Origin: Amphiscolops sp. MND2022
Lineage: Eukaryota
NCBI GenBank assembly: GCA_964187785.1
Contig: OZ076409.1
Span: 85,624,001-85,688,000 of the forward strand
DNA length: 64,000 bases
Reading direction: 5' to 3'
Made by a program: the position numbers and the translations under genes. The notes under the pieces are model-generated. The model had not been told where the DNA came from. It searched no databases and saw only the letters and a program-made list of their open reading frames with translations. Shown piece after piece: positions 1 through 14,315 of this stretch; positions within the stretch are counted from its first letter, which is position 1, and each line of letters starts with the position of its first letter.

Positions 1-2000
1 CACTTCAGTTTGTTTTCGTGCGACTTGGTCTAGTGGATGAGCGAGTGGCTGTGAAGTGAGTTTGTTCGAAACCACGCATGGACTTTCTTGATTTTCGCAA
101 AAGTAAAGGAAACTTGGGCTTTGTATTTTTGGGCCTTGCACATTTTTCGAAAAAATTTGGATGCCCCAAAAATTGACCAAAGGAAAGTGTTTTGTGAGCC
201 TTTTCTGTTTTTCAGCTTTATGAGACTTTTTTCCAAGAAAAAGATTCGATTTTTTTAAAAATTGGGTTTTTGATGTTTAGAGATAGGGCAGAATTGGTTT
301 TCGAATCCTGAGGGCACTCCTCTGAGCATTTTTGGCACTGTAAGTTTGGTTTAAAAAATTCCATCTCTTGAGTAAAGAACAATAATTGTATTTTTCGTAG
401 TTTTGAGTTGATCTGGTGAAAGAAAAAAAAATTGAGACAAAATTTTCATTACTGTTCAACGCCTCGCCACGAACAACTTTTAAATTACCCACCCCTCATA
501 GCAGCTAGATCAGGCACTTCTACTGACATGGCGTCAACGAATGTCTATCTACTCGTTAATTGTTTGCTGGCAGCTTTAGTTGCAATAAAATAAAATGACG
601 AAGGTTCTTAAATTCAAGTAAGAATGCTTTCTTGTACCAAATTACTTGTTAGTATACTTTTAAAAAATATATCAAAAATCGATATCATTTCGAGAAATAT
701 GTTTGAAAAGGAATGAGTTTTTTCACCAATTTCTACCGAAGGACCATTAATGGCCACCGCCGAGAAAAGTTTTAGAAACGGAAAAGTTGTTTCCACCGGT
801 AGCTTTCGGTGGTCTTTCAGTGGATGGATTTGTAGTGTCAATACAGGTTTGCTTGGATCTCGAGAATCCTCTACTAAGTTGGCAATGATGAGACTTTATC
901 AATCACCTGATAGACAAATATTGAATTACTGTGGCCTTGTTTTTCACGTGGAATACCTAAATGTGACTGAAAATGACTGTGAATTCAATAAGACTTTTGA
1001 AACTTTCCGTTACAAGAATGTAAAATTGCATTAAAGTACCAAATCTTGTTTTTTTTGTGCGGCCTCTTTCGTGTATCAGAAACTCATAACACGTTGTTGC
1101 TAATTTCCTTAATTGTGAATATGTTTTTTGTGCATTAGCGTGTGTACTGGGACAATATCTCGAGTGCAGCAACTTTTGTGTTCAGGTCGAAAGTTGATTA
1201 CCAATTTCCTGTGAAATGTACTGAGAAGGAAAATTTGAACATTGAGGAAATTTTCCTGACTTATTTTTTCCTGTCTCGAAGGGAGGCCGAGCTGAACATT
1301 GTGTGAAATAAATGTGTGGGAAGTTTTGGGAAAGTAGAAAGTATTGATTTCTCGTGCGGAAACCGCAACACATCAGAAGTCAAGAAAATTCGGTTTCCTT
1401 TTTTCTATTTTGTGGGACGCCTTACAGACGTTTCCTAACATGACTGCATGACTGAGGCAACCAGAATACGAAACGACTAACAAACTTTGTGAAAATCTTC
1501 CCAGCTTTCACCAGCAAAGGATATTCATGTCCAAGCGCATAAGACACCCAACAGTCATCATTGATGGCACAGCCCTTATTCCAATTCCTAAACTAATAAA
1601 ACCACGTCTTTATTTCAGTGACTACGAAGGTTGCACGATATCGGGATCCCTTGAAACTAATAGAAAACAAATTCGTATTAAGTGCTCAGTCAAACCATGT
1701 ACCGACTGGAAAAGGAAGTGACTCATCCATCGACTCATCCGATTCAACATAAACAACAACAAGAGATATGACTACCCTGACTGGTTACTCGAAACTCCAA
1801 CACTTTTTCCGACGCCCTCGTCAACGTAGCACCATACCCGAAACCTACATTCAATACTCCGACTACTATTGTGACTACAACACCGACACGTACGATCAGG
1901 ACAAGCTTATGTTTAAACAAACTAACGACGTACCGTTGCACAACTTTATCAAACAGCTAACAAACGGGCATTATTCCTCGTGGACGCAGGAGCTTTAGTC

Positions 2001-3514
2001 CGGTACGAATTAGTTTTTCTAATTCTTTTCCGACGTCTTCCTGTAGGTGTAGTGGTACTGGTCTTTCTTTTTGTTTGACTGGGTAGTGTCCCCGTTTGAG
2101 CTGATATTTTATTTCGGTATCTTTTATTGTTTCGTTGTTTTCGAACAAGTCTCGGAATTTTCAGAATATTATATCTTTCTCTGATTGGTTATTCTCAGTC
2201 AGTTGTATTTTACCAATTGTGAGTTTGAATGTTCTCATCCAATCCATACCCAATAGGGGTGTGATGTCTGTTATCTCGGTTATCAGAATTTCCATTTTTT
2301 GTTTGCTGTTTTCGTATTCAATGTTCTCCGGAATCTTTCCCCGAAATTTTACTTCAATTTTGTTCACGTCTTGGTATCGGTTTGCCACTTTTTGTATTTC
2401 GGTTGTTTTCATTATTCGTTTATCCGGTGGCATTATTGATATTGGGGATCCGCTGTCGATTATGAATTCTTTAGCTATGCCATTGATCTTTACTATCGCG
2501 GTATAGTGTTTGTTTGATTCTTCGATTTTCTTGATTTCTTTTATCTGTTGTATGTCTTCTTCTGACTCGCATGATGATTCGTTCGGTTCATTCATTTCAT
2601 CTTCGGTTAGTCTTTTCACTGTTCGGCTGCTATTGAATTTCTGTCTGCATGCTTTCTCGACTTGTCCTTTTTTCCGCACTTGTTACAGTTTACTTCGGTT
2701 GAAGGACATTTATGCAGTGGTGTCCAGTTCGGAGCATTGCAATATCTACACGGTCGGATTCCGAAATTTTTGTTCTTCGGTTTCGCTCCCTGTCGTTCCA
2801 TTCTCTGTATTGGTTCTTCTTTTAATATGTGTTTCTCTTTCGTTGATATCAGAGCTTCCGGGATTGTATTCTTTTTGTTTTTCTTTTCATACGTGTTTTG
2901 CTTTATCAATTCGCTTGTCCTTCTTCTTTTCCAAAGTTTTTTCTTTCATTATTTTGTCCCGTATATTTTTATTGGTGATTGCTGTCATGTTCTTCGATAT
3001 TAGCAGTTCTTCAGCCGAGATCGTAATAAAGTTACATTTTTTTTCAATTTCGATTAACCGCCTCCAGAATTCATCCGGTGTCTCCTCTTCGGTCTGTTTT
3101 GCCCAGAAGAAATCTCCTCGTTTGTGGTAAGTGTTTCGTTTCGGCATATAGAACTCGGTGAACAACCGGATTAAGTCTAATGTGCTGATACTGTCGTGTT
3201 CCGTTTTGTATTCGGCCCTGGTTATTTGATAGAGTGCTTCCGGTCCCACACCCCATATAAAATCTTCTTGTATGGTTTGTTCTTTTCCGGACCAATTGGT
3301 TTTTTCGTCTCCTTTCCTTAGTGGAGTGATATCTATCTTGTGTTCAGAATTGCCGAAATCTTTCTAACCATTGTCTCGGTGTGAAGACCAGGTTTCCATC
3401 CGTAGCTTTTTCTTCTAAGTTCGGTACTATGTTTCGTTCAGCCATGTTGGTTTCGTTCAGCCATGTTGGTAAAAGTTCGTTGTAATTTTGTTAAAAATTG
3501 GCTGACTGCGCCAT
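2001..3514 (-). pseudogene. Ty3/Gypsy gag-protease-RT-start fragment, copy 1
   Basis: Zn-knuckle motifs (CRYCNAPNWTPLHKC, CNKCGKK), protease FIIDSGS and LLGMDW, RT N-terminus RPVPLHLQEDVGKELEKL. Frameshifted and truncated at about 2000. Confidence 0.9.
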
Positions 3515-4830
3515 CTTGTATTTTTAGGTTAAGTTAAGATTAGGGAAAACTCTAAAAGATCAGATGCATTTTGTATGTCTACCTCGTATCAAAACTACAC
3601 GATTTATGTAAACAAAATTTTATTCTATGATTTCAAGTTTGTTTGTAAACAACTTGTTAAGTATTCTATGTTTTTGTAGAGGTCATTTGGAATCAACACT
3701 GTATAACTGTATAACGACTCCAGTTTTTAGATGTAAAGCTGGCAATTTTGAAATGAAAAAGTAATTTAGCATTTTCTTCAAAAAGTTGTGTTAGAATATG
3801 AATGCGATAATGAATTGTGGAGTAGGCTTTCACAAGAAATGGAATCTGTATATTATTATTTAAATTGCCAATTTAAGGATATCCGAATAGGGGGTAAAAG
3901 GTTTCAAAGTTCAAAAACCACCAAAAATGTCACGAATTCGAGACAGGAAATATGGTGTCGTTCATGAAAATTTGAAAAACAATACGTTTCGTTTCGCACG
4001 TTTAAACCAGGACAAGATTTGGGCTCTAATTCATTACCTAGAGAATCAGAAGCAATTGAATAGGACTCGAAGTTGTAAACTCATCCGATCAATGTCTAGT
4101 TCCATTAACTTCGCGAACACATAATCGCTTCTCGGTGTCGATTCATGAGGAGAACATGGTCTCATCTAGGTATAGTTGTGCCCATAATGTCTCCAAAATG
4201 GAAGCTGTGACTGATATATGCACACGGCTGATAATCACCAATTTTTTCTAGAGCGCAGAACTTCTCAGAGCTTTTTTGCTCATGCCTCTCAAGCTGTATA
4301 AGGTATTTTGAAATGGAAACCTCAATTATCAACTGGTCCGGTGTTATTCCCCATTTTGAAATTTCCCCAATTTCGTTTTTCCCCATTTCTAAGTCTTGAA
4401 TAGAAGCTGCATTTTGGCTTGACATCTTTAGAAGCCGCGTCTGGTACGCGGGGAATTGGTTTCCAAACTAAAACTTGCAATTTTAAATAACTGCATTGGG
4501 TGAAAACTATCGAGAGCTCTAGGTTATGTTTGTGACCTATATAAAAAATTGAGACAAAAAGGTAAATCGAGGTGTGAGCCATAATGGTCAACCTGTCAGT
4601 TCTTGTAGCATTTGTGATCTCGCAATTTTGACTTTCTTTTATATCAATGAACTTCAATTGAAAATGACCGTAATTCGGGTTCATCTTCAATCAAATGACA
4701 AAATGCTTCGAATGCATTCTTGAAGATGGTTGGTCGAATCTTGTACAAATATTTACAATTGCTATTGGACAAATTCAAATATTTTCACAAAGTCAATATA
4801 CAATCGAGTCGTTCATCTTTTGGATTGTAC

Positions 4831-5999
4831 AATTTTACTTCAATTTTGTTCACGTCTTGGTATCGGTTTGCCACTTTTTGTATTTCGGTTGGTTTCATTA
4901 TTCGTTTATCCGGTGGCATTATTGATATTGGGGATCCGGTGTCGATTATGAATTCTTTAGCTATGCCATTGATCTTTACTATCGCGGTATAGTGTTTATT
5001 TGTTTCTTCGATTTTCTTGATTTCTTTTATCTGTTGTATGTCTTCTTCTGACTCGCATGATGATTCGTTCGGTTCATTCATTTCATATTCGATTAGTCTT
5101 TTCACTGTTCGGCTGCTATTGAATTTCTGTATGCATGCTTTCGCGTTGTGTCCTTTCTTTCCGCACTTGTTACAGTTTACTTCGGTTGCAGGACATTTAT
5201 GCAGTGGTGTCCAGTTCGGAGCATTGCAATATCTACACGGTCGGTTTCCGAAATTTTTGTTCTTCGGTTTCGCTCCGTATCGTTCCATTCTCTGTATTGG
5301 TTCTTCTTTTATTATGTGTTTCTCTTTCGTTGATATCAGAGCTTCCGGGATTGTATTCTTTTTGATTTTCTTTTCATACGTGTTTTGCTTTATCAATTCG
5401 ATTGTCTTCTTCATTTCCAAAGTTTTTTCTTTCATTATTTTGTCCCGTAAATTTTTATCGGTGATTGCTGTCATGTTGTTCGATATTAGCAGTTCTTCAG
5501 CCGAGATCGTATTAAAGTTACATTTTTCTCAATTTCGATTAACCGCCTCCAGAATTCCTCCGATGTCTCCTCTTCGGTCTGTTTTGCCCAGAAGAAATCT
5601 GCTCGGTTGTGGTAAGTGTTTCGTTTCGGCATATAGAACTCGGTGAATAACCGGAGTAAGTCTAATGTGCTGATACTGTCGGGTTCCGTTTTGTATTCGG
5701 CCCTGGTTATTTGATAGAGTGCTTCCGGTCCCATACCCCATATAAAATCTTCTTGTATGGTTTGTTCTTTTCCGGACCAATTGGTTTTTTCGTCTCCTTT
5801 CATTAGTGGAGTGATATCTATCTTGTGTTCAGAATTGCCGAAATCTTTCTAACCATTGTCTCGGTGTGAAGACCAGGTTTCCATCCGTAGCTTTTTCTTC
5901 TAAGTTCGGTACTATGTTTCGTTCAGCCATGTTGGTTTCGTTCAGCCATGTTGGTAAAAGTTCGTTGTAATTTTGTTAAAAATTGGCTGACTGCGCCAT
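4831..5999 (-). pseudogene. Ty3/Gypsy gag-protease fragment, copy 2
   Basis: CNKCGKKGHNAKAC and FIIDTGS; cut at the triplication junction. Confidence 0.9.
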
Positions 6000-7320
6000 C
6001 TTGTATTTTTAGGTTAAGTTAAGATTAGGGAAAACTATAAAAGATCAGATGCATTTTGTATGTCTACCTCGTATCAAAACTACACGATTTATGTAAACAA
6101 AATATTATTCTATGATTTCAAGTTTGTTTGTAAACAACTTGTGAAGTAGTCTATGTTTTTGTAGAGGTCATTTGGAATCAACACTGTATAACAGTCACTG
6201 CAAACGACTCCAGTTTTTAGATGTAAAGCTGGCAATTTTGAAATGAAAAAGTAATTTAGCATTTTCTTCAAAAAGTTGTGTTGTAATATAAATGCGATAA
6301 TGAATTGTGGAGTAGGCTTTCACAAGAAATGGAATCTGTATATTATTATTTAAATTGCCAATTTAAGGATATCCGAATAGGGGGTATAAGGTTTCAATGT
6401 TCAAAAACCACCAAAAATGTCACGAATTCGAGACAGGAAATATGGTGTCGTTCATGAAAATTTGAAAAACAATACGTTTCGTTTCGCACGTTTAAACCAG
6501 GACAAGATTTGGGCTCTAATTCATTACCTAGAGAATCAGAAGCAATTGAATAGGACTCGAAGTTGTAAACTCATCCGATCAATGTCTAGTTCAATTAACT
6601 TCGCGAACACAAAATCGCTTCTCGGTGTCGATTCATGAGGAGAACTTGGTCTCATCTAGTTATAGTTATGCCCATAATGTCTCCAAAATGGAAGCTGTGA
6701 CTGATATATGCACACGGCTGATAATCACCAATTTTTTCTAGAGCGCAGAACTTCTCAGAGCTTTTTTGCTCATGCCTCTCAAGCTGTATAAGTTATTTTG
6801 AAATGGAAACCTCAATTATCAACTGGTCCGGTGTTATTCCCCATTTTGAAATTTCCCCAATTTCGTTTTTCCCCATTTCTAAGCCTTGAATAGAAGCCGC
6901 ATTTTGGCTTCACATCTTTAGAAGCCGCGTCTGGTACGCGGGGAATTGGTTTCCAAACTAAAACTTGCAATTTTAAATAACTGCATTGGGCGAAAACTAT
7001 CGAGAGCTCTAGGTTATGTTTGTGACTTATATAAAAAATAGAGACAAAAGGGTAAATCAAGGTGTGAGCCATAATGGTCAACCTGTCAGTTCTTGTAGCA
7101 TTTGTGATCTCGCAATTTTGACTTTCTTTTATATCAATGAACTTCAATTGAAAATGACCGTAATTCGGGTTCATCTTCGATCAAATGACAAAATGCTTCG
7201 AATGCATTCTTGAAGATGGTTGGTCGAATCTTGTACAAATATTTACAATTGCTATTGGACAAATTCAAATATTTTCACAAAGTCAATATACAACCGAGTC
7301 GTTCATCTTTTGGATTGTAC

Positions 7321-8487
7321 AATTTTACTTCAATTTTGTTCACGTCTTGGTATCGGTTTGCCACTTTTTGTATTTCGGTTGGTTTCATTATTCGTTTATC
7401 CGGTGGCATTATTGATATTGGGGATCCGGTGTCGATTATGAATTCTTTAGCTATGCCATTGATCTTTACTATCGCGGTATAGTGTTTATTTGTTTCTTCG
7501 ATTTTCTTGATTTCTTTTATCTGTTGTATGTCTTCTTCTGACTCGCATGATGATTCGTTCGGTTCATTCATTTCATCTTCGATTAGTCTTTTCACTGTTC
7601 GGCTGATATTGAATTTCTGTCTGCATGCTTTCGCGTAGTGTCCTTTCTTTCCGCACTTGTTACAGTTTACTTCGGTTGCAGGAGGTATGCAGTGGTGTCC
7701 AGTTCGGAGCATTGCAATATCTACACGGTCGGTTTCCAAAATTTTTGTTCTTCGGTTTCGCTCCGTATCGTTCCATTCTCTGTATTGGTTCTTCTTTTAT
7801 TATGTGTTTCTCTTTCGTTGATATCAGAGCTTCCGGGATTGTATTCTTTTTGATTTTCTTTTCATACGTGTTTTGCTTTATCAATTCGATTGTCTTCTTC
7901 ATTTCCAAAGTTTTTTCTTTCATTATTTTGTCCCGTAAATTTTTATCGGTGATTGCTGTCATGTTCTTCGATATTAGCAGTTCTTCAGCCGAGATCGTAT
8001 TAAAGTTACATTTTTCTCAATTTCGATTAACCGCCTCCAGAATTCCTCCGATGTCTCCTCTTCGGTCTGTTTTGCCCAGAAGAAATCTGCTCGGTTGTGG
8101 TAAGTGTTTCGTTTCGGCATATAGAACTCGGTGAATAACCGGATTAGGTCTAATATGCTGATACTGTCGGGTTCCGTTTTGTTTTCGGCCCTGGTTATTT
8201 GATAGAGTGCTTCCGGTCCCACACCCAATATAAAATCTTCTTGTATGGTTTGTTCTTTTCCGGACCAATTGGTTTTTTCGTCTCCTTTCATTAGTGGAGT
8301 GATATCTATCTTGTGTTCAGAATTGCCGAAATCTTTCTAACCATTGTCTCGGTGTGAAGACCAGGTTTCCATCCGTAGCTTTTTCTTCTAAGTTCGGTAC
8401 TATGTTTCGTTCAGCCATGTTGGTTTCGTTCAGCCATGTTGGTAAAAGTTCGTTGTAATTTTGTTAAAAATTGGCTGACTGCGTCAT
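7321..8487 (-). pseudogene. Ty3/Gypsy gag-protease fragment, copy 3
   Basis: CNKCGKKGHYAKAC and FIIDTGS; frameshifts. Confidence 0.9.
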
Positions 8488-9816
8488 GTTGTATTTTTAG
8501 GTTAAGTTAAGATTAGGGAAAACTATAAAAGATCAGATGCATTTTTGTATGTCTATCTCGTATCAAAACTACACGAATAATGTTAACAAAAAATAATTCT
8601 ATGATTTCAAGTTCGTTTGTAAACAACTTGTTAAGTAGTCTATGTTTTTGTAGTTTGTAGAGGTCATTTGGAATCAACACTGTATAACAGTCACTGCAAA
8701 CGATTCAAGTTTTTAGATGTAAAGCTGGCAAACTTTGAAATGAAAAAGTAATTTAGCATTTTCTTTAAAAAGTTGCGTTAGAGTATAAATGCGATAATGA
8801 ATTGTGGAGTAGGCTTTCACAAGAAATGGAATCTGTATATTATTATTAAAATTGCCAATTTAAGTATATCCGAATAGGGGGTATAAGGTTTCAAAGTTCA
8901 AAAAGCACCAAAAATGTCACGAATTCGAGACAGGAAATATGGTGTCGTTCATGAAAATTTGAAAAACAATACGTTTCGTTTCGCACGTTTAAACTAAGAC
9001 AAGATTTGGGCTCTAATTCATTACCTACAGAATCAAAAGCAATTGAGTAGGACTCGAAATTGTAAACTCATTCGATCAATGTCTAGTTCAAATAACTTCG
9101 CGAACACATAAATGCTTCTCGGTGTCGATTCATGAGGAGAACTTGGTCTCATCTAGTTATAGTTATGCCCATAATATCTCCAAAATGGAAGCTGTGACTG
9201 ATATATGCACACGGCTGATAATCACCAATTTTTTCTAGAGCGCAGAACTTCTCAGAGCTTTTTTGCTCATGCCTCTCAAGCTGTATAAGTTATTTTGAAA
9301 TGGAAACCTCAATTATCAACTGGTCCGGCGTTTTTCCCATTTTGAAATTTCCCCAAGTTCGTTTTTCCCCATTTCTAAGTCTTGAATAGAAGCCGCATTT
9401 TGGCTTCACTTCTTCAGAAGCCGCGTCTGGTACGCGGGAAATTGGTTTCCAAACTAAAACTAGAAATTTTTAATAACTGCATTGGGTGAAAACTATCGAG
9501 AGCTCTAGGTTATATTTGCGACCTATATAAAAAATTGAGACAAAAAGTTAAATCAAGGTGTGAGCCATAATGGTCAACCTGTCAGTTCATGTAGCATTTG
9601 TGATCTCGCATTTTTGACTTTCTTTTATATCAATGAACTTCAATTGAAAACGACGTCATTCGGGTTCATCTTCGATCAAATGTCAAAATGCTTCGAATGC
9701 ATTCTTGAAGATGGTTGGTCGAATCTTGAACAAATATTTACAATTGCTATTGGACAAATTCAAATATTTTCACAAAGTCAATATACAATCAAGTCGTTCA
9801 TCTTTTGGATTGTACA

Positions 9817-10416
9817 ATGAATTCGGAAGCTGGGCATAGTTGTGACTACCAGCTTAAAATCGTTGTGCTCGGAGATTTCTGTTTGTGCAGAAAAAGAACT
9901 TTTTACATGTTAACAGGTAAAAAATATGACGTCAATGATCCTCTTATCGGCCTTGCGGTTGATTTCCGAATCCGAAGACTATGGATTGATTCAAAACTAA
10001 TCAAATTACAAGTCTGGTACCCAACTGGAGGTTATCGCCCTATATTACCTCGTTATTTTCCGGGTACCGACGGTTTTGTTATTGTTCACGACTGTTGCGA
10101 TTCAAATGCAAAGTGTAATTTAGCAACATCGATGAACGAAATCCAGAAATCTGCACCTCGCACTGCAAAAACGATGATAGTCCGTGGTCAATGCGATGAA
10201 CACAAACCGAATGGCGATGCAATAAAATGTTTCAACGTCGATGAAGCAAAGAATATCCCTTCTGTGGATCTTGATTATGAGCACCCAGAACAACTCGAGG
10301 AGCTTTTTTAGTCCATGCTTCGTCGAATTATTGACGAAATCTTCCCCACAGAATTCAGCGAAAAAAGTAATTCCAGTAAAAACTTTGAAAAAAACGGCCA
10401 TTGCAGTTTTCTTTGA
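9817..10416 (+). pseudogene. Divergent intronless Rab-family (Rab8/10/13-like) gene, copy 1; premature TAG at 10309-10311
   Basis: DYQLKIVVLGD, VDFRIRRLWIDSKLIKLQVW and YFPGTDGFVIVHD match the Rab scaffold. Reading through the TAG (CAG in copy 2) gives ...FEKNGHCSFL-stop, a CaaX end, 199 codons. Confidence 0.85.
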
Positions 10417-12800
10417 ACAAAACGCTGAGAACCGATGTTAAACGCTCTGAATTTTTGACACTTTTCCGCTCATCTCAGGGTTCAAAATCAAAAAGTGTTT
10501 AAGTATGAAAAAGCTGAATATTTTGTCGCTGATTTCAGTGGGTATTCAAAAACGTACAACAAAACACCTCACAAACGTACGAAAAGATCAAATACTGATC
10601 TGAAAATCTTTAGCAGACCAGCGAACTGACATTTCCATAAATGCTTTGATTACTACTTTTCTCACTTCAGTTTGTTTTCGTGCGACTTGGTCTAGTGGAT
10701 GAGCGAGTGGCTGTGAAGTGAGTATGTTCGAAACCACGCATGGACTTTCTTGATTTTCGCAAAAGTAACGGAAACTGGGGCTTTGTGTTTTTCGCCCTTG
10801 CACAAGTTTCGAAAAAGTTTGGATGCCCCAAAAATTGACCAAAGGAAACTGTTTTGTGAGCCTTTTCTGTTTTTCAGCTTTATGAGACCTTTTTCCCAGA
10901 AAGTTTTTTAATTTTTTTTAAAATTGGGTTTTTGATGTTTAGAGATAGGGCAGAATCGGTTTTCGAATCCTGAGGGCACTCCTCCGAGCATTTTTGGCAC
11001 TGTAAATTTGGTTTAAAATTTTCACTAAACCCTTTCTCATTCAAAAAATTTTGCGCTTTTTGAACCTTGAGCGGGAAGCGCCGACTTGCGCCGTTTCCAT
11101 GTTGTTTGAATTTGGGCTGAATTAGGGTTGTTTTCTTCGTTGAATTCTGTGGGAAAAATTCCATCTCTTGAGTAAAGAACAATAATTGTATTTTTCGTAA
11201 TTTTGAGTTGAGCTGGTGAACGAAAAAAAATTTATACAAAATTTTTATAACTGTTCAACGCCTCGCCACGAACAACATTTAACTTACCCACCCCTCATAG
11301 CAGCTAGGTCAGGCACTTCTACTGACATGGCGTCAACGAATGTCTGTCTACTCGTTAATTGTTTGCTGGCAGCTTTAGTTGCAATAAAATAAAATGACGA
11401 AGGTTCTTAAATTCAAGTAAGAATGCTTTCTTGTACCAAATTACTTGTTAGTATACTTTTAAAAAAAATAACAAAAATCGATATCATTTCGAGAAATATG
11501 TTTGAAAAGGAATGAGTTTTTTCACCAATTTCTACCGAAGGACCAATAATGGCCACCGCCGAGAAAAGTTTTAGAAACGGAAAAGTTGTTTCCACCGGTA
11601 GCTTTCGGTGGTCTTTCAGTGGATGGATTTGTAGTGTCAATACAGGTTTGCTTGGATCTCGAGAATCCTCTACTAAGTTGGCAATGATGAGACTTTATCA
11701 ATCACCTGATAGACAAATAATGAATTACTGTGGCCTTGTTTTTCACGTGGAATACCTAAATGTGACTGAAAATGACTGTGAATTCAAGTAGACTTTTGAA
11801 ACTTTCCGTTACAAGAATGTAAAATTGCATTAAAGTACCAAATCTTGTTTTTTTTTGTGCGGCCTCTTTCGTGTATCAGAAATTCATAACACGTTGTTGC
11901 TAATTTCCTTAATTGTGCATATGTTTTTTGTGCATTAGCGTGTGTACTGGGACAATATCTCGAGTGCAGCAACTTTTGTGTTCAGGTCGAAAGTTGATTA
12001 CCAATTTCCTGTGAAATGTACTGAGAAGGAAAACTTGAACATTGAGGAAATTTTCCTGACTTATTTTTTCCTGTCTCGAAGGGAGGCCGAGCTGAACATT
12101 GTGTGAAATAAATGTGTGGGAAGTTTTGGGAAAGTAGAAAGTATTGATTTCTCGTGCGGAAACCGCAACACATCAGAAGTCAAGAAAATTCGGTTTCCTT
12201 TTTTCTATTTTGTGGGACGCCTTACAGACGTTTCCTAACATGACTGCATGACTGAGGCGACCAGAATACGAATCGACTAAAACTTTTTGTGAAGATCTTC
12301 CCAGCTTTCACCAGCAAAGGATATTCATGTCCAAGCGCATAAGACACCCAACAGTCATCATTGATGGCACAGCCCTTATTCCAATTCCTAAACTAATAAA
12401 ACCACGTCTTTATTTCAGTGACTACGTAGGTTGCACGATATCGGGATCCCTTGAAACTAATAGAAAACAAATTCGTATTGAGTGCTCAGTCAAACCATGT
12501 ACCGACTGTAAAAGGAAGTGACTCATCCATCGGCTCATCCGATTCAACATAAACCACAACAAGAGATATGACTACCCTGACTGGTTACTCGAAACTCCAA
12601 CACTTTTTCCGACGCCCTCGTCAACGCAGCACCATACCCGAAACCTACATTCAATACTCCGACTACTATTGTGACTACAACACCGACACGTACGATCAGG
12701 ACAAGCTTATGTTTAAACAAAGTAACGACGTACCGTTGCACAACTTTATCAAACAGCTAACAAACGGGCATTATTCCTCGTGGACGCAGGAGCTTCAGTC

Positions 12801-14315
12801 CGGTACGAATTAGTTTTTCTAATTCTTTTCCGACGTCTTCCTGTAGGTGTAGTGGTACTGGTCTTTCTTTTTGTTTGACTGGGTAGTGTCCCGGTTTGAG
12901 CTGATATTTTATTTCGGTATTTTTTATTGTTTCGTTGTTTTCGAACAAGTCTCGGAATTTTCAGAATATTATCTTTTTCTCTGATTGGTTATTCTCAGTC
13001 AGTTGTATTTTACCAATTGTGAGTTTGAATGTTCTCATCCAATCCATACCCAATAGGGCTGTGATGTCTGCTATCTCGGTTATCAGAATTTCCATTTTTT
13101 GTTTGCTGTTTTCGTATTCAATGTTCTCCGGAATCTTTCCCCGAAATTTTACTTCAATTTTGTTCACGTTTTGGTATCGGTTTGCCTTTTTTTGTATTTC
13201 GGTTGGTTTCATTATTCGTTTATCCGGTGGCATTATTGATATTGGGGATCCGGTGTCGATTATGAATTCTTTAGCTATGCCATTGATCTTTACTATCGCG
13301 GTATAGTGTTTATTTGTTTCTTCGATTTTCTTGATTTCTTTTATATGTTGTATGTCTTCTTCTGACTCGCATGATGATTCGTTCGGTTCATTCTTTTCAT
13401 CTTCGATTAGTCTTTTCACTGTTCGGCTGCTATTGAATTTCTGTCTGCATGCTTTCGCGTAGTGTCCTTTCTTTCCGCACTTGTTACAGTTTACTTCGGT
13501 TGCAGGACATTTATGCAGTGGTGTCCAGTTCGGAGCATTGCAATATCTACACGGTCGGATTCCGAAATTTTTGTTCTTCGGTTTCGCTCCCTGTCGTTCC
13601 ATTCTCTGTATTGGTTCTTCTTTTATTATGTGTTTCTCTTTCGTTGATATCAGAGCTTCCGGGATTGTATTCTTTTTGTTTTTCTTTTCATACGTGTTTT
13701 GCTTTATCAATTCGCTTGTCTTTCTTCTTTTCCAAAGTTTTTTCTTTCATTATTTTGTCCCGTAATTTTTTATTGGTGATTGCTGTCATGTTCTCCGATA
13801 TTAGCAGTTCTTCAGCCGAGATCGTATTAAAGTTACATTTTTTTTCAATTTCGATTAACCGCCTCCAGAATTCATCCGGTGTCTCCTCTTCGGTCTGTTT
13901 TGCCCAGAAGAAATCTCCTCGGTTGTGGTAAGTGTTTCGTTTCGGCATATAGAACTCGGTGAATAACCGGATTAAGTCTAATGTGCTGATACTGTCGGGT
14001 TCCGTTTTGTATTCGGCCCTGGTTATTTGATAGAGTGCTTCCGGTCCCACACCCCATATAAAATCTTCTTTTATGGTTTGTTCTTTTCCGGACCAATTGG
14101 TTTTTTCGTCTCATTTCATTAGTGGAGTGATATCTATCTTGTGTTCAGAATTGCCGAAATCTTTCTAACCATTGTCTCGGTGTGAAGACCAGGTTTCCAT
14201 CCGTAGCTTTTTCTTCTAAGTTCGGTACTATGTTTCGTTCAGCCATGTTGGTTTCGTTCAGCCATGTTGGTAAAAGTTCGCTGTAATTTTGTTAAAAATT
14301 GGCTGACTGCGTCAT
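12801..14315 (-). pseudogene. Ty3/Gypsy gag-protease-RT-start fragment, copy 4
   Basis: 249-aa ORF 12961-13710 with CCHC knuckle and DTG protease motif. Confidence 0.9.

Larger units (their letters stand above)
2345..9815. repeat. Internal tandem triplication, period about 2.49 kb (2345-4830, 4831-7320, 7321-9815)
   Basis: Identical junction TGGATTGTAC-AAT-TTTACTTC at 4831 and 7321; near-identical ORFs are offset by about 2490 nt. Confidence 0.95.

Noticed and set aside
660..675. TATA at the empty MITE site as an excision footprint
   Set aside because: Its length equals the inferred empty site and the middle unit differs, so substitution in an A-run explains it equally well.
1527..1998. Short repeated ORFs (64-81 aa) as host genes
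   Set aside because: They recur only because of the duplication, differ by frameshifts, and lead into the decayed pol at 30.2 kb.
2135..8134. Long plus-strand F/S/I-rich ORFs (also 12935-13931 and 23994-24578)
   Set aside because: Antisense shadows of A-rich gag/pol frames.
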